From: Myxococcota bacterium
Lineage (GTDB): Bacteria; Myxococcota_A; Polyangia; Polyangiales; Houyiibacteriaceae
Length of the DNA stretch: 64,000 nucleotides
NCBI GenBank assembly: GCA_020629955.1
Contig: JAHDCI010000004.1
Coordinates: 11,868 to 75,867, forward strand
Direction of reading: 5' to 3'
Shown: in pieces, positions 46,373 to 55,320 of the stretch
Layout of the letters: every line of letters begins with the position of its first letter
Numbering within the stretch: position 1 is the stretch's first letter
Notes under the pieces: generated by a model
Told to the model about the DNA's origin: nothing
The model's input: the letters and a program-made list of their open reading frames with translations, nothing else
Databases searched by the model: none
Position numbers and translations under genes: made by a program

Positions 46373-46964
46373 TGCTCGCGATCCCGAAACTGCTCGAACG
46401 GTCGACGCCGTCTGCCTCGGAAGTGTAGGGGGAAGTCGAAAAGAGCCTCACTCCGAGTGAGCTGATCAACGAAACGCGATTGCTGAGCTCCGAAGCGACC
46501 CCGATTCGAAGGTCGATGGCTGCGCCGACCGCGACCGGAAAGAAGACATCGGAGAGCATCACGGCGCCAATTTCACCCTCGATGAAAGGGTGCGTTTGGT
46601 AGGCACTAAGCCATGCTTTTCGAATGTTGAAGCCGAGCTCGACGGTGGTCGTGATCTCGTGAACGCTATTTCCGTCGAGAAAGTCCACGGAGAGCGCACC
46701 TCCGATCGCGATACCGCTAGGGTAGTGCAGTCGAAGCGCGCCAGCGAGACCGAGCCCTCCGCCGAGCACGCAGTCTGCGCCGGTCGGGCAAATCGTCCCT
46801 GGTGAAATGGGAAAGCGGACATCGAACGCGATTTCCCCTGCCAAGGAAGGCGGTAGATCATCCGGCGCCGGAGGAAGCTGAAACTGTGCGCTCGCCACGT
46901 TCGCGAAGAAGAGCGTTCCAATCGCGAGCAGGCGAAGTCGCTTCAGTGATGGCTGCGTTTTCAT
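46320..46964 (-). CDS. Small outer-membrane beta-barrel-like protein
   Basis: The ATG at 46964 gives a signal peptide (LLAIGTLFFANVASAQ), followed by a Gly/Ala-rich beta pattern. It overlaps the convergent desaturase ORF by 53 nt. Confidence 0.5.
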   Translation of the reverse strand: MKTQPSLKRLRLLAIGTLFFANVASAQFQLPPAPDDLPPSLAGEIAFDVRFPISPGTICPTGADCVLGGGLGLAGALRLHYPSGIAIGGALSVDFLDGNSVHEITTTVELGFNIRKAWLSAYQTHPFIEGEIGAVMLSDVFFPVAVGAAIDLRIGVASELSNRVSLISSLGVRLFSTSPYTSEADGVDRSSSFGIASIIQFRVGLLLYARDERQ

Positions 46965-47214
46965 GGGAGCGCGAGAGTGACCGTGGGCTTCGGAAAATAG
47001 AGGGTTCGTGTGTCGCTGAGGCGGATGTCGGGGGCCCGCGGGCTGTGCTTGCTGGCCGTCCAAGTGTGCGGACATGTTGACACTCCGCGTTTCCTCCTCC
47101 AAGAGTCGGCTATCGGGTTCATTGGTGACCCGATAAGCGGCGTGAATCACGTCCGTAGCGTTGTAGTTTCAATGGACCACCAGTTAGGTCGTAACATAGC
47201 GCAGGAGTGGATGG

Positions 47215-47592
47215 ATGGAGATCTTCTTTAACAAGCGTGCCATGCGACAGCTTCGACTTTCAGCTTCCGATGCCGCCGATGATGGTGACACCGAGACGCT
47301 GCGGGAGGACCTCATCGAGGTGTTCTCAGGCAAAGATTTGGAAGAGCTTGAGCATCATCTTGAGACGGGCGATCTCTATGAGTTCGTTTCGCAGATGCTC
47401 GATGCTTGGGACGGCCAGGACGTCGACGAACTCTTCGAGCTTCTCGAAGAGGAGCTTCTTAGCTGCGACGTCGAACTACGGTTTGCAGGCGAAGAGGAAG
47501 TCAGCGGCGGGGACGAAGACGAAGACGGCGATCTTGAAGATGACGATCTCGTGGGCTTTGACGACGACGACGAGGAAGACGAAGACGAGTAA
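47215..47592 (+). CDS. Highly acidic small protein, hypothetical
   Basis: 125-aa ORF ending GGDEDEDGDLEDDDLVGFDDDDEEDEDE. Confidence 0.5.
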   Translation: MEIFFNKRAMRQLRLSASDAADDGDTETLREDLIEVFSGKDLEELEHHLETGDLYEFVSQMLDAWDGQDVDELFELLEEELLSCDVELRFAGEEEVSGGDEDEDGDLEDDDLVGFDDDDEEDEDE

Positions 47593-47754
47593 ACTCGCTC
47601 CTCCCGGCCTCGCCAGCTTTTGCGAGGATTTGCGTTGTTGCGTCACCTTCTCTGTGGAGGCGAGGTGCGAAAACCGCGGAATCTGGGGCCCGATTGAAAG
47701 AAGCGTGCTTCCTACGTGACTTTTTTGGGGGAGTCGCGTTACTCTCGCCCGGAC

Positions 47755-48489
47755 ATGGCGGCTAAAAAATCCCCAACGAAGTCCCGAAAAACGACGAAGC
47801 GCTCGGCAACGAAGAGCGGCGGGGCGAAGAAACCCGCTGCGAAGAAAGCGACGAAGAAGGCACCTGCAAAAGCGGCCTCTTCGGACAAGAGCCTTCGAGG
47901 TGCTGCTGCGGCTGCAGCAGAGATCTTGGGCGCCGAAGATTCGGCAGCGGTGGTCTCTGAGCTTGCGGCGGAGCTTCTCGATTCTCGCAAGACCAACGCG
48001 ACTCGCGCAGCGCGCATTCTGCACGAACTTGTCGAAGAACATGCCGATTTGCTGACCGGACACGTCGATAAGTTCGCGGCCGGCATGACGGCGAAGCATC
48101 CCCGCGTGACGAAAACCGCTGCAGACGCGCTTCCGGCGATCGCAAAGATCCAACCCGCGCGCGTCGCAAAGCATCTCGACACGCTGAAAGCATCGTTCGA
48201 CGAGACAACGCAAGAAGGCAAGGACGGCTTGGTCCGTACCTTTGCAAACCTGTGCACCGCATCGGTTGCCTATCAAAAGCGACTTGAACCCGTCTTGGTG
48301 AAGGCCCTCGAAGGGTGCGATGGGAAAACCCTGCGCCGTTGGTCGGAGATCGTTCTCCCAGCACTCAAGGGCGAGCCTCACGCCAACGCGAAAGAAGTGG
48401 TCGAGGCTCGCCTCGATAAAATCCCGCGGTCGATCGCCCAGGATATCGCGAGTTCGCTCAATATTCGGCTCCGCGTTCGCTACCGATAA
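47755..48489 (+). CDS. Protein with histone-H1-like Lys/Ala-rich N-terminus and HEAT-like body
   Basis: The ATG at 47755 gives MAAKKSPTKSRKTTKRSATKSGGAKKPAAKKATKKAPAKAA, followed by helical repeats. Confidence 0.65.
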   Translation: MAAKKSPTKSRKTTKRSATKSGGAKKPAAKKATKKAPAKAASSDKSLRGAAAAAAEILGAEDSAAVVSELAAELLDSRKTNATRAARILHELVEEHADLLTGHVDKFAAGMTAKHPRVTKTAADALPAIAKIQPARVAKHLDTLKASFDETTQEGKDGLVRTFANLCTASVAYQKRLEPVLVKALEGCDGKTLRRWSEIVLPALKGEPHANAKEVVEARLDKIPRSIAQDIASSLNIRLRVRYR

Positions 48490-48514
48490 CTTCGCGACGA
48501 GCGAGACAAAAGAG

Positions 48515-48546
48515 AGGCGCAGCCGGAGACGGCTCCGCCTTTTTTC
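48515..48546. terminator. Bidirectional intrinsic terminator
   Basis: AGGCGCAGCC / GGCTCCGCCT stem with T5-6 on the plus strand. On the minus strand it immediately follows the anti-sigma stop (48545-48547). Confidence 0.7.
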
Positions 48547-48985
48547 ATTCCGAGCGGTTCGGACTTTCCTGCGCTTCGTTCTCCATGAGCACGATCGCGC
48601 CATAGGCGGCACCGACGATCAGCGCCGTCAGGAGTACCAAAATCAACGGGACCCAGGGCATCATCGCCTTCTCACGAGGCGCCGCATCGCGATAGTAGCG
48701 GCCGCGGGTTCGCTCACGGATTTTGCGCTGCACGCCGGGCAGAAGATCGGGGATGGGGACGTCGATCTCCGGAAGCCGGTCTTCGTTAAACGCGACGATC
48801 TCATCGAGAGATTCTCGATCTTCGCGAAGCGACTGGGCTGCGCCGACCACTTCCTTCAGCTCGTCGTATTCGGCGCGGAGAACCACATCGGATTCGAGGA
48901 GCGCGTCGAACTGCGCTTGCTGTTCCTCATCGAGCATGCCGTCGATTGCATCGACGAAAAGATCACGGGCTTCGTCTGCGGTCAT
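48545..48985 (-). CDS. Anti-sigma factor (single-pass membrane)
   Basis: ATGA overlap with the ECF sigma gene. An N-terminal helical anti-sigma-like domain and one TM helix (PWVPLILVLLTALIVGAAYGAIVL). Confidence 0.7.
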   Translation of the reverse strand: MTADEARDLFVDAIDGMLDEEQQAQFDALLESDVVLRAEYDELKEVVGAAQSLREDRESLDEIVAFNEDRLPEIDVPIPDLLPGVQRKIRERTRGRYYRDAAPREKAMMPWVPLILVLLTALIVGAAYGAIVLMENEAQESPNRSE

Positions 48986-49599
48986 GACGAGCCCCCTTCC
49001 TGAAGCGCCTTCACGCGCTCGACCAAGATCGCGCGCGCCCGATGCAGGCGGCTTTTGATCGTTCCCAGGTTTAAGCCCGTCCGCTCCTGGATCTCTTCGT
49101 AGGTGTGGTGTTCGATATCGCGCAACACGATCAATTCTCGCTGCTCATCGCGGAGCTCCGCAAGCGCCAGGCGAACGAGCTCCTCTAGCTCTCTACCTTG
49201 TGTCAGTTCATCGGGGCGCGGCAAGCGGGAGCTCGTCGACATGGATGCGCTCGCGACCTGATTCGCGTCCGCGATCTCATCAAACTCTCGCTTCTTTCCC
49301 CGCGCGCGGCGCTGCAAGAACTTGATTCGGTTCTTACAATGGTTGGTCGCAACGCGGTACATCCAGGTGCTGAGCTTCGATTCCTCGCGGAAACGAGGGA
49401 TTGCTTTGAAGACGGTTACAAAGACTTCTTGGGCAAGGTCTTCGGCTTCTCCCGCGTCACCGAGCATTCGATAGGTCAGCCGGTAGATCCGGCTTTGGTA
49501 CATTCGCACCAGTTCGTTAAAGGCCGCTTCGTCTTGTCGCTTCAGGCGCGCGACAAGACGCTTCTCCTCCTCATCGGTCATCAGACCGTGCTCCGGCAT
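48982..49599 (-). CDS. ECF (sigma-70 family group IV) RNA polymerase sigma factor
   Basis: Region 2 (FNELVRMYQSRIYRLTYRML...AEDLAQEVFVTVFK) and region 4 (ELIVLRDIEHHTYEEIQERTGLNLGTIKSRLHRAR). The ATG at 49599 is preferred. Confidence 0.9.
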   Translation of the reverse strand: MPEHGLMTDEEEKRLVARLKRQDEAAFNELVRMYQSRIYRLTYRMLGDAGEAEDLAQEVFVTVFKAIPRFREESKLSTWMYRVATNHCKNRIKFLQRRARGKKREFDEIADANQVASASMSTSSRLPRPDELTQGRELEELVRLALAELRDEQRELIVLRDIEHHTYEEIQERTGLNLGTIKSRLHRARAILVERVKALQEGGSS

Positions 49600-49640
49600 C
49601 TGCCAACGAGGGTCGCGCTCTGGGGTGGCCACAAAGGGCC

Positions 49641-49667
49641 GACAACCTAGGCGCAAAAAGGTTCCTC
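49641..49667 (-). promoter_or_regulatory. Possible autoregulated ECF-type promoter (GGAAC-N17-GTC)
   Basis: The minus strand reads GAGGAACCTTTTTGCGCCTAGGTTGTCGG about 45 nt upstream of the sigma start codon. Confidence 0.3.
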
Positions 49668-49742
49668 ATCGGTCGAAATAGTAGGAGGGGTGCTCGACAA
49701 CTTGCAAGGAAGTTTGTCTGCCCGACTTCGTATCAGTCCCCC

Positions 49743-49782
49743 AAAAATGCGCGCCCCCACCAAGATAGAGGCGGAGGCGCGC
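49743..49782 (-). terminator. Intrinsic terminator after lipoprotein paralog 1
   Basis: On the minus strand, a GCGCGCCTCC...GGGGGCGCGC stem (one mismatch) is followed by ATTTTT. Confidence 0.6.
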
Positions 49783-49831
49783 GGAAAAGAGCTTCTCGCT
49801 GGAGGGTGGACGAGCCTGCTCCTATCGGTCT

Positions 49832-50419
49832 CTATCGCTCGACGACGACGCTTCCTGCCAACTCGCCTCCAGCGGAAAGATCAGCATCCCACTGGATCAG
49901 CAGGCTGTCTTCGGTTGGTCCCTCGAGGATGTCGACGTGCAGGTCGTTATAGCCGTCTTCGAAGGGGAACGTCTGACCGTCGTCTTCGCTCGCACAGAGA
50001 ATCATCGAAGCGGGTAGGTAGTCGTATTCGCTGTAGTCGTCGTAGTTGTCGTCGTTGACGTCAAAGCTCTGTCCGGGCTCGAGTTCGTCAAAGCCGCGAT
50101 GGATCCACAGTCCCTGCATCGTGGTGCCATCTTCGCTCTCGGAGCGAAGTTCGATGTAGAGAGCACCGTAGTCGGAGTAGGCGTCCCAGCCGTAGGATTC
50201 TTCCCCAATCTCGTATCCGGCGATCGTTCCGGAACCGCGAGCTTCGGAGAGTGAGAGCCCCGACTCTTGACCACCAAAGGCTTCCATGGCCGGGGGGGAC
50301 AGCGGTTCCCGCTCCCATTCGGCCTCCGTACCTTGGAGACAGCCGCTCAGGGACAGCATGATCGCCATCGCGCCAGAGAGAGTTATCCATTGCGTCGGGT
50401 GTTTGATCGTCTTCTTCAT
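49832..50419 (-). CDS. Lipoprotein family paralog 1 (divergent)
   Basis: The ATG at 50419 has a GAGGAG SD. Lipobox LSLSGC. It shares TMQGL.IH.G...LEPG..F and LHVDILEGPTEDSLLIQW with paralogs 2 and 3. Confidence 0.7.
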   Translation of the reverse strand: MKKTIKHPTQWITLSGAMAIMLSLSGCLQGTEAEWEREPLSPPAMEAFGGQESGLSLSEARGSGTIAGYEIGEESYGWDAYSDYGALYIELRSESEDGTTMQGLWIHRGFDELEPGQSFDVNDDNYDDYSEYDYLPASMILCASEDDGQTFPFEDGYNDLHVDILEGPTEDSLLIQWDADLSAGGELAGSVVVER

Positions 50420-50604
50420 TTCGCAGTTCTCCTCATGCTCGACATCCGTGTCTCGCTCTCGTGAGTCGCTGGCACCGGACGCGATTTCCAACGCGAGAAA
50501 AGAAAAACCCATCCACCGAATCGCTGGACACGAATTGGAAGAGCGCCCTCGTCATCGAAGGCGCTCTTCAGGCTTGGAAAATGAGAATGGAAAATGAGCC
50601 TCGC

Positions 50605-51195
50605 TTACTGTCGCGAGATAACGACGCTTCCGCTGCACTCCTCGGAGCCGGTGCTGACGAAGTCGTCGGTTGGCAAGGTTGCCTCCCAATCGAGCCGGAG
50701 CGTATCGTCCGTTGGACCTTCTTCGACTTCGACATGAAGTTCATCGGGCGTTGTTTCGTAGTCGAGGAAGCCGTGGTTCTCCCCGCTGCACCCGAGGAGA
50801 TCGACTTCGCGATCCGGATCGCTTCCGTTTGAATCGAACGAATCCCCAGGCTCGAGGTCGGCGACGCCAACGTGCAAGGTGAGGCCTTGCATCGTTACAC
50901 CTTCGTCCGATTGCGTGCGGATCTCGATATAGGTTTGCTCGCCGTAGTACGGATCGTCGAAGGTGGTCGCTTCCCATACGACATGTTCTCCGAGCGCCTG
51001 TACGCCGCCGATTTCTCCATTTGCGACGGGCGCGGACGCGCCGAGCGCATTGGTCCCCGGCGTTGCTCGCACGGGGGTCTCTGGCTCGAGGTCATCCCAC
51101 GGGTCGAAGCCCGCGCAGCCGGAGAACCCGGCGAGCGCGAGAGCGGAAACGAGCGTGAGCGATGTGGTCTTGGTCGAGATTGTGGTTTTGGTCAT
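50605..51195 (-). CDS. Lipoprotein family paralog 2
   Basis: The ATG at 51195 has a GGAGG SD. Lipobox FSGC. It has long identical blocks with paralog 3. Confidence 0.75.
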   Translation of the reverse strand: MTKTTISTKTTSLTLVSALALAGFSGCAGFDPWDDLEPETPVRATPGTNALGASAPVANGEIGGVQALGEHVVWEATTFDDPYYGEQTYIEIRTQSDEGVTMQGLTLHVGVADLEPGDSFDSNGSDPDREVDLLGCSGENHGFLDYETTPDELHVEVEEGPTDDTLRLDWEATLPTDDFVSTGSEECSGSVVISRQ

Positions 51196-51270
51196 TCGAA
51201 CCTCCATATCTTTTCAATCTCCTGAGCCGGCCGCATTTATGATCGCGTTTGAAAAAAAGCATCACGACAA

Positions 51271-51297
51271 AAGAAAAACGCCCCCTTTCGGAGGCGC
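51271..51297 (-). terminator. Intrinsic terminator after lipoprotein paralog 3
   Basis: On the minus strand, a GCGCCTCC-GAAA-GGGGGCG stem is followed by TTTTTCTTTT. Confidence 0.65.
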
Positions 51298-51389
51298 TTC
51301 CTTTGTTGGATGGTTGTTCAGAATCGGGAATAGAGGTTCCCAGACTCAACGAGCGGTGATTCGGGAAGGACGCTCGTGAACGTTTTGGT

Positions 51390-52004
51390 CTACTGACGCG
51401 CGATGACGACGCTGCCCGTGCACTCTTCGCTGCCGATGCTCACGAAGTCATCGGTCGGAAGGGTCGCTTGCCATTGGATGAGTAGGGTGTCCTCGGTCGG
51501 GCCTTCCTCGACCTGAACATGAAGTTCGTCCGGACGCACGTCGTAGGGAAGGAAGCCGTGATCATCTCCGCTGCAGCCAAGGAGATCGACCTCGGCATCC
51601 GGGTCGTAGCTGCTGGAGGACTCAAACTCATCGCCAGGCTCGAGGTCGGCGACGCCCACGTGAAGGGTCAGACCCTGCATCGTGACACCCTCATCGGATT
51701 CCGTGCGCAGCTCGATATACGTCTGCGAGCCGTAGTAGCTATCGGTAAAGCTTGAGGCCTCCCACACGACGTGCTCGCCGAGCGCCTGGACCCCGCCAAT
51801 CTCGCCGGTCGAAGAGGGGCTGGATGCTTCGAGAGCGTTTGTTCCGGGCGCGACCGAAGGCGCGGGGGGCGCGGGCTCCCATGGCTCCGGCGCGACGCGA
51901 CGATCTTCCGGTTCCGGGTTGTTCCACGGATCGAAGTCACCACAGCCGGTGAATCCAGAAAGAGCGAGGGCGGAGAGGAGCGTCAGTGCGAGTCGTTTCT
52001 TCAT
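51390..52004 (-). CDS. Lipoprotein family paralog 3
   Basis: The ATG at 52004 gives MKKRLALTLLSALALSGFTGC. GEIGGVQALGEHVVWEA and DEGVTMQGLTLHVGVADLEPGD are identical to paralog 2. Confidence 0.75.
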   Translation of the reverse strand: MKKRLALTLLSALALSGFTGCGDFDPWNNPEPEDRRVAPEPWEPAPPAPSVAPGTNALEASSPSSTGEIGGVQALGEHVVWEASSFTDSYYGSQTYIELRTESDEGVTMQGLTLHVGVADLEPGDEFESSSSYDPDAEVDLLGCSGDDHGFLPYDVRPDELHVQVEEGPTEDTLLIQWQATLPTDDFVSIGSEECTGSVVIARQ

Positions 52005-52129
52005 GGCCCGCAACTAGAGCACAGCCCGTGCCAGATTGTCATTGAACAAAATCATTGATGAATTTGAGTTTTCATGAAGGTTCTCCGCGTTGCAGTGTGA
52101 ACGCCGAATGACACCCCGTGCGTGAATGG

Positions 52130-52179
52130 CACGCCCTCATCTTGCCCGGCACACCCTCATCTTGCCCGGCACACCTTGC
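52130..52179. repeat. 2.5 x 20-nt tandem direct repeat in a divergent promoter region
   Basis: CACGCCCTCATCTTGCCCGG / CACACCCTCATCTTGCCCGG / CACACCTTGC. Confidence 0.8.
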
Positions 52180-52453
52180 TGGTCGGTTCAGTTCTGCCGG
52201 AATTTGGCGTTCCTTCGAGCGCCCCCGATATCCTTTCCTTCTTATGGGAGTTTCCTCCTCAAAAACGCCGAATTCTCAGCGAGTTATCGCAGGCCCGGGG
52301 CTGGCTCGGTCCCCTCTCCGCGTCGCGAAAAGGCGCTCGCCCCGGCAATCGCTTGCCCCCGGGGTCGAGATCGCGATTTTGGACCGTGCGACGCGCCTCT
52401 CCGAAGGCGAGGTCCGCCCGGCCGGCGACGACGAAGCCTATTTCGGGAGCACG

Positions 52454-52714
52454 ATGCTGACCATTGAGCTCCGCACGCTGAAGCGCCTTGTGCGGATCAA
52501 AGATGAAACCGAGTTGCTCGCTCTGCTCGAAGGTTCGGTCCGCCTCCGAATTTTGGCGATGCGTGCCGCGCGCGAAGAGGCGATCCAGCGGGTCGGTCAT
52601 CGACGTATCGGAACGGCGGATGTCGAGACTTCCCTGTCGATTCATCGGGAAGCGCTATGCATCGACGTCGACATTGAGATCCCTCTTGTGCATGATGTCG
52701 CGAAGCATGGCTGA
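52454..52714 (+). CDS. Possible small protein translationally coupled to the MerR-TPR gene
   Basis: The 3' part of ORF 52118..52714 is protein-like, and its stop overlaps the next start (ATGGCTGA). The start is uncertain: ATG at 52454 or TTG at 52379. Confidence 0.35.
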   Translation: MLTIELRTLKRLVRIKDETELLALLEGSVRLRILAMRAAREEAIQRVGHRRIGTADVETSLSIHREALCIDVDIEIPLVHDVAKHG

Positions 52715-53738
52715 GCGGGACGAAAACGTAATCTACGTTCGCTTCGGCGACGAAGGTGGGGTTGTTGCGCCGCCCCCCATCAGCGCGCCTGAGCTGCCGC
52801 CCGTTCCACAAGGTGAGGTTGGGGATTCCGATCCTCTGAGCAACCTTTATTCGACCGCCGAGGTCTCAAAGCTCTTCGAGATCAGTGAAAGCAAACTGCG
52901 CTATTGGGCGCGAAGTGAGCTGCTTTCTCCCTCCGCGACGCGCGGCCGCCGCCGCTACTACACCTTTCAAGACCTCGTTGGTGTGCGCGCCGCTCGGGAT
53001 CTCCTCGACGCCGGAATTTCAGCGCGTGAGGTTCGGCGAAGCGTCGATGCGATCCGAAAAACCCTTCCGAAGGTTGCGCGTCCGCTCTCGGAACTGCGCG
53101 TGGTCGCCGAAGGGCGCGCGGTGTTGGTGCGAGATGAGGACCGAACCTTTAACCCAGCGACGGGACAGTTTGTTCTCGACTTCGAAGTCCGCGAAATCCG
53201 CGAAACGGTGGTTCGCGAGCTTCAGATTCCGGACCATAAAAAGAACCGTCGCGCTGCGATTCAGCTCTATCTCGAAGGTTGCCGCCTCGATGAAGATGGT
53301 GCGACCGATGAAGAAGCGGAGCGCTGTTATCGGGAGGCTCTCGAGCTCGACCCGAAGCTTGCGTCGGCGATGACCAATCTTGGAAACCTTCTTCACCGGC
53401 GCGGAGACCTGGTCGAAGCCGAAGCACTCTATCGGCAAGCCCTCGAACTCGATCCGGCGCAGCCAGAAGGGTTTTATAACCTCGGCTACCTCTATGCAGA
53501 GCAGGGCGAGTTTCAGGATGCGTGCCGTCACTTTCGGGCTTGTTTGAAGATCGACGACGGTTTTGCGGATGCTCATTTTCATCTCGCCTCCGCGCTTGAA
53601 GAGCGGGGTCGCGTTCGGTTAGCCGCGAAGCATTGGCGTGCGTTTTTGCGACTGAATCCGATGAGCGAGTGGGCGAGCTTGGCGCGGCAGCGGCTCGCGC
53701 ACGATGCCTCAGGATCGAGCGAGCGGCAGAACGGGTAG
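52707..53738 (+). CDS. MerR-family HTH protein fused to TPR repeats
   Basis: The ATG at 52707. YSTAEVSKLFEISESKLRYWARSELL...YYTFQDLVGVRAARDLLDAGIS is a MerR-type HTH. The C-terminus carries 4-5 TPRs. Confidence 0.8.
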   Translation: MAERDENVIYVRFGDEGGVVAPPPISAPELPPVPQGEVGDSDPLSNLYSTAEVSKLFEISESKLRYWARSELLSPSATRGRRRYYTFQDLVGVRAARDLLDAGISAREVRRSVDAIRKTLPKVARPLSELRVVAEGRAVLVRDEDRTFNPATGQFVLDFEVREIRETVVRELQIPDHKKNRRAAIQLYLEGCRLDEDGATDEEAERCYREALELDPKLASAMTNLGNLLHRRGDLVEAEALYRQALELDPAQPEGFYNLGYLYAEQGEFQDACRHFRACLKIDDGFADAHFHLASALEERGRVRLAAKHWRAFLRLNPMSEWASLARQRLAHDASGSSERQNG

Positions 53739-53846
53739 GGATGAAAGGTGGGGCGGCTATCGGAAAAGGGGATCTTTTGGAGATCCTCAGGTATCGTGTT
53801 TGATGGTGGTTGTTTCCAATAGCGATATGCGCGCAGGGTGCACGCG

Positions 53847-55091
53847 ATGAGCCGAAGTGCGCGCTCACCGAATCGCTTTCAGCGGATCGGTCGCTATTTC
53901 CTCATGGACCGAATTGCGTTCGGCGGTATGGCCGAGGTTTTTCGAGGATTCTCCTTCGACGATGAAGGCCATCGCACCCAGGTCGCCATCAAGCAGCTCC
54001 TGCCGCATTACGTCGAAGACGAGCAATTCGTGACCATGCTCGTGGACGAGTACCGTCTTGTTTCGCGGATGCGTCATCCCCACGTCGCGCGCGTTTACGA
54101 TCTCGTTCGCATCCGTGAGGAGATCCTGATCGCCATGGAATACGTCGATGGGAAAGACCTTGGCGCGACCGTGGAGAAAGCCGTCAGAGATCGGATCCCG
54201 ATCGACTACGCGCAAATGGCCTATGTCATGGCGTGCGCGCTGGATGGTCTGCACCATGCGCACGAGATGGTGGATGAGCGCGGCGCGAACCTCGACGTGG
54301 TGCATCGAGACTTTAGCCCTTCCAACGTGCTTGTCTCCTACGACGGCACCGTGAAGATGATCGACTTTGGGATCGCCAAGTCCCGCAGAAATCGGATTCA
54401 AACGAAGGCGGGAATCATCAAGGGCAAGGTGAAGTACATGTCACCGGAGCAGGCCTTTGGTCACAAACTCGATCACCGGAGTGACGTCTTTAGCGCGGGC
54501 TCTGTGCTCTACGAACTGGCGACCGGGGTGCCGCCGTTCCGCGCGAAAAGCGAAGTGGACTTGATCTTTGAGGTTCGCCGCGCTGACCCGCCGTCTCCAA
54601 AGCAGGTCTGTCCGGACCTCCCAGAAGAGCTTGCCCGGATTATTGAGCGCTCGATGGCCCGTGCGCGCTCTGCCCGTTACCAAACCTCGAAAGAATTTCG
54701 AGATGCCTTGGTGCGGTTTCTAAAGGCGTACGCACCGAACTATCGCCGGACCAATTTGGCGCGCCTGATGAAGCAGGTCTGGGCGAGTGAGATCGAAGCC
54801 GACCTTCGCAAGCTTGAGGATTTCGTGATCGAGCTTCCAAGCGACTTCGGCGACATCGGTGAGAACTTGCTCGCGGAATCGGAGGACGACATGCCCGCGG
54901 AAGACACGCAGCGAGCGCGTCCTCCCGCGTCTCGGCCGGCGCTCTCGTTTGAAGACGATACGGTGCCTCAATCCAAGCAACGCCGAATCACACGCGAACT
55001 TCAGCCGCACGCGCCGCTCGGCATGATCGAAGCGAAAACCGAGGTCACCCCGGATTCGATTCCGCCCTCACCGGATGAGTCTGGCTCTTAG
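53847..55091 (+). CDS. Ser/Thr protein kinase
   Basis: Hanks motifs GGMAEVF, AIK, HRDFSPSNV, DFG and SPEQ. ATG at 53847 (GTG at 53838 is also possible). Confidence 0.9.
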   Translation: MSRSARSPNRFQRIGRYFLMDRIAFGGMAEVFRGFSFDDEGHRTQVAIKQLLPHYVEDEQFVTMLVDEYRLVSRMRHPHVARVYDLVRIREEILIAMEYVDGKDLGATVEKAVRDRIPIDYAQMAYVMACALDGLHHAHEMVDERGANLDVVHRDFSPSNVLVSYDGTVKMIDFGIAKSRRNRIQTKAGIIKGKVKYMSPEQAFGHKLDHRSDVFSAGSVLYELATGVPPFRAKSEVDLIFEVRRADPPSPKQVCPDLPEELARIIERSMARARSARYQTSKEFRDALVRFLKAYAPNYRRTNLARLMKQVWASEIEADLRKLEDFVIELPSDFGDIGENLLAESEDDMPAEDTQRARPPASRPALSFEDDTVPQSKQRRITRELQPHAPLGMIEAKTEVTPDSIPPSPDESGS

Positions 55092-55320
55092 TGCGTGATT
55101 CAACTCGCTAGTCGTTCGCCCTTCGAAGCTCGCCTCGGGGCCCCCGACGAAAGATCTTCCCTTCCATCGATTTGATCCCCGCACTCGCGGGATTTGCCAC
55201 GAAGATCCTGATGAGTGTGAGGGCTTCTGCGAGGGGGCGGCTCCCGCTGACAGGCTCCCCTCGTTAAAAAACGTCCCCCGAAGCGTGAATCTCGGCCCCC
55301 AATTTGGTTATGCTCGTCCG

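Noticed and set aside
52017-52032. Sigma-54-like motif TGGCACGGGCTGTGCT on the minus strand upstream of lipoprotein paralog 3.
   Set aside because: The -12 element is GTGC rather than TTGC. The motif ends only about 12 nt before the ATG at 52004, leaving no room for a leader or SD. No equivalent motif lies upstream of paralogs 1 and 2.
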